A stretch of DNA of 27,684 nucleotides from a virus. Lineage: Duplodnaviria > Caudoviricetes. Under the pieces are notes generated by a model. That model had not been told where the DNA came from. It did not search any database and was given only the letters and a program-made list of their open reading frames with translations. The stretch covers positions 1 through 27,684 of the IMG/VR virus record IMGVR_UViG_3300044723_004131, one strand, 5' to 3'. Shown piece after piece: positions 25,784 through 27,684 of the stretch. Both the position numbers and the translations under genes were made by a program. Numbering within the stretch: position 1 is the stretch's first letter; the number at the start of each line of letters is the position of its first letter.

Positions 25784-26402
25784 AATTAAAGGTAAGTTGC
25801 CGACTCAAGAATTAAATTTACTTGCCAGAGATGTGTCAAAGTATACTGACAAATCGTTTCCGGGCGGATTAGTACCTAACCTTAAAGGTGGTAAGTTGGC
25901 CATTGAAAAATCTATGCCAACAACTTCATTTAATGATAACAAGCGAAATTGTTTAACTTACTTTCCACAGCCTAAAGATTATCCAACGACTGTCAATATA
26001 CTTCATTCGTTACTAATAGAAAACTATCTAAGTATATATGATTTGCTGGATTACTCCAGTATTTCATCTATTCAGTACGTTAAATATAACAAAGGGCATT
26101 TCTTTAAAAAGCATAACGATGTTGTTACTAACATAAAAGATAGCTTTAGAGTTCTTACCATGTCTATTAATATGACTGATGAGTGCGAATATAACGGGGG
26201 CGATCTGCTTGTTTACAATAGCACCGACAAGGTAATAGGTTCCTTAGATAAAAGTAAAGGTAGTTTTATTATTTTGCCAGCTTTTTTTACTCATGAAGCT
26301 GCTGAGGTTACTTTGGGAACCAGAGAAGCAATTGTGACTTGGTTGAGCGGAACTAAGGATTCCGTAACTGCTTTTCGCGATACTGTTTATAATGGCTTGT
26401 AG
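25749..26402 (+). CDS. 2OG-Fe(II) oxygenase (prolyl-4-hydroxylase/PKHD-type superfamily)
   Basis: 'QYVKYNKGHFFKKHND' (HxD), 'RVLTMSINM...EYNGGDL', 'GSFIILPAFFTHEAAEVTLGTREAIVTW'. The true start is probably downstream (e.g. TTG at 25797), avoiding overlap with the divergent GT2. Confidence 0.88.
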   Translation: MPRVILREEDFIIKGKLPTQELNLLARDVSKYTDKSFPGGLVPNLKGGKLAIEKSMPTTSFNDNKRNCLTYFPQPKDYPTTVNILHSLLIENYLSIYDLLDYSSISSIQYVKYNKGHFFKKHNDVVTNIKDSFRVLTMSINMTDECEYNGGDLLVYNSTDKVIGSLDKSKGSFIILPAFFTHEAAEVTLGTREAIVTWLSGTKDSVTAFRDTVYNGL

Positions 26403-26412
26403 TTTACTCTTA

Positions 26413-26420
26413 CATAAATA
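26413..26420 (+). promoter_or_regulatory. Putative T4-type late promoter (CATAAATA) for neck genes
   Basis: NATAAATA in the intergenic gap 20 nt upstream of the gp13 ATG. Confidence 0.65.
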
Positions 26421-26443
26421 CATGAAAACAGAGGTGTTTCATG
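26421..26443 (+). promoter_or_regulatory. Hairpin sequestering the gp13 RBS/start codon
   Basis: CATGAAAACA-GAGG-TGTTTCATG: 9-bp stem with one bulged A, SD in the loop, AUG in the 3' arm. Confidence 0.5.
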
Positions 26444-27184
26444 GCCATTCCCACTTCCAGAGATCAACTTAAAGAGCATTGCTTACGAAGGTTAGGAAAG
26501 CCGGTCGTAGATATTAATGTAGATGACGAACAAGTTGAAGATCGTATTGACGAAGCGCTGTTATATTACAGAGACTATCATTTTGATGGTACTGAGCGTG
26601 TTTACCTCAAGCATAAGATTACTGCAGCTGATAAGTCTAATCAGTATATTACTCTTGACGACTCTTACATTGGAGTTGTTGGGGTATTCGATATTGGTGA
26701 TGCTATTCAGTCCTCAAACCTTTTTAACATTCGTTACCAGATTCACTTAAATGATCTCTTTGACTTTTCTTCTACAACGTACGTTCCATACGTAACTGCC
26801 ATGAGGCACGTAGAGCAGTTGGAAGAGATTTTTGTTGGTAAAAAGCCTATTAGGTTTAACAGACATACTAATAAACTTCACATTGACATGAAGTGGAATG
26901 AGGACGTCCAAACGGGCAATTACATTGTTATCGATGCATATAAGGTTACTGATCCAGGTACGTACACGGACGTATGGGGTGACCGGTGGCTGACTACTTA
27001 TACTACAGCTCTTATAAAAAGGCAGTGGGGAGAAAATCTTAAAAAGTTTGAAGGTTTGCAAATGCCTGGTGGTTTGACGTTTAACGGTCAAAAGATTTGG
27101 GAAGAGTCTATAGAAGAATTAAGAAGACTAGAGGACGAGATGATAAACAGCTACTCTCTACCTGTAGCAGATATGATCGGCTAA
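26441..27184 (+). CDS. gp13: Neck protein gp13
   Basis: 'PTSRDQLKEHCLRRLGKPVVDINVDDEQVEDRIDEAL..Y.DYHFDG', 'ALIKRQWGENLKKFEGLQMPGGLTFNG'. Confidence 0.96.
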   Translation: MAIPTSRDQLKEHCLRRLGKPVVDINVDDEQVEDRIDEALLYYRDYHFDGTERVYLKHKITAADKSNQYITLDDSYIGVVGVFDIGDAIQSSNLFNIRYQIHLNDLFDFSSTTYVPYVTAMRHVEQLEEIFVGKKPIRFNRHTNKLHIDMKWNEDVQTGNYIVIDAYKVTDPGTYTDVWGDRWLTTYTTALIKRQWGENLKKFEGLQMPGGLTFNGQKIWEESIEELRRLEDEMINSYSLPVADMIG

Positions 27185-27185
27185 T

Positions 27186-27684
27186 ATGCTCAACAAATAC
27201 TTTAACAATTATGGCAATGCTCGCGAACAAGATGTCGTTGAGGACCTTATTCTTGAGTCGATAAAAATATATGGTCACGATGTAAAGTATTTGCCTAGAT
27301 CGTCAGTCAAGCAAGATAATTTGTTTGGCGAGGATATTCTTTCTAAATTTGAAGAAGCTATAAGCATAGAGATGTACCTTAAGTCGATGGAAGGCTTTGA
27401 GGGTGATGGACAGTTTCTTAGTAAGTTTGGTTTAGAGATAAGAGATCAGATAGTGCTGACCGTGTCTCGTAAGAGATTCGATCAAGTGATCACGTCTCCC
27501 AAACTTATGACCGAGGTTGGTTACAATCTTGTATTTGAAGATGGTAACAACAATGAGCCAAGTCGACAGTTTTTAACTGGAGATGCGGCAACTGAAGCAT
27601 GGGTACAGGAAGGTGATGACTACTTAAACACCCTGAACCGTCCTAGAGAGGGAGATCTGATCTATTTCCCTATGATGGACAAGA
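27186..27684 (+). CDS. gp14: Neck protein gp14 (3'-truncated; not in the ORF track)
   Basis: Hand translation: MLNKYFNNYGNAREQDVVEDLILESIKIYGHDVKYLPR...LFGEDILSKF...IEMYLKSMEGFEGDGQFLSKFGLEIRDQ...RPREGDLIYFPM. Open to the window end. Confidence 0.95.
   Translation, partial: MLNKYFNNYGNAREQDVVEDLILESIKIYGHDVKYLPRSSVKQDNLFGEDILSKFEEAISIEMYLKSMEGFEGDGQFLSKFGLEIRDQIVLTVSRKRFDQVITSPKLMTEVGYNLVFEDGNNNEPSRQFLTGDAATEAWVQEGDDYLNTLNRPREGDLIYFPMMDK

Noticed and set aside
518-27091. Numerous 60-153 aa shadow ORFs in the track (mostly minus strand; also + strand 5022..5258, 17774..17959, 19909..20121, 20168..20431, 23044..23226, 25137..25382, 26523..26750)
   Set aside because: They overlap well-supported genes, carry no recognisable motifs, and are expected by-products of codon bias or repeats. 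5022..5258 conflicts with the Hc1-like ORF and gp25.
1-27684. tRNA/rRNA genes, introns, inteins, homing endonucleases, transposases, intrinsic terminators
   Set aside because: The window is almost fully coding with only tiny gaps. No such motifs or hairpin-plus-U-tract were seen by eye (not computationally excluded).

Overview
This window is a contiguous late (virion structural) region of a large T4-like myovirus, of the cyanophage/pelagiphage-like 'DUF4815' type. The gene order is gp53 (5'-truncated), hub, gp5 (no lysozyme domain), two spike-associated hypotheticals (one with a tail-collar domain), a small Hc1/histone-H1-like ORF missed by the ORF track, gp25, gp6, gp7, gp8, a 2042-aa DUF4815/VrlC-like protein, a small coiled-coil protein and two paralogous fibre proteins. 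These are followed by an unusual cassette and then neck genes gp13 and gp14 (3'-truncated). The cassette lies where T4 has gp9-12/wac. It starts with a ~768-aa protein carrying a ~490-aa insertion of about 70 aromatic-x-Gly(-Pro) motifs that looks like an out-and-back hairpin. After one hypothetical gene come three glycosyltransferase-like genes, two Fe(II)/2OG-type oxygenases and a radical SAM/SPASM enzyme. The best candidate for a new system is a phage-encoded fibre plus its own post-translational modification (hydroxylation/glycosylation/cross-linking) machinery. All family calls come from motif recognition by eye; no database searches were run.
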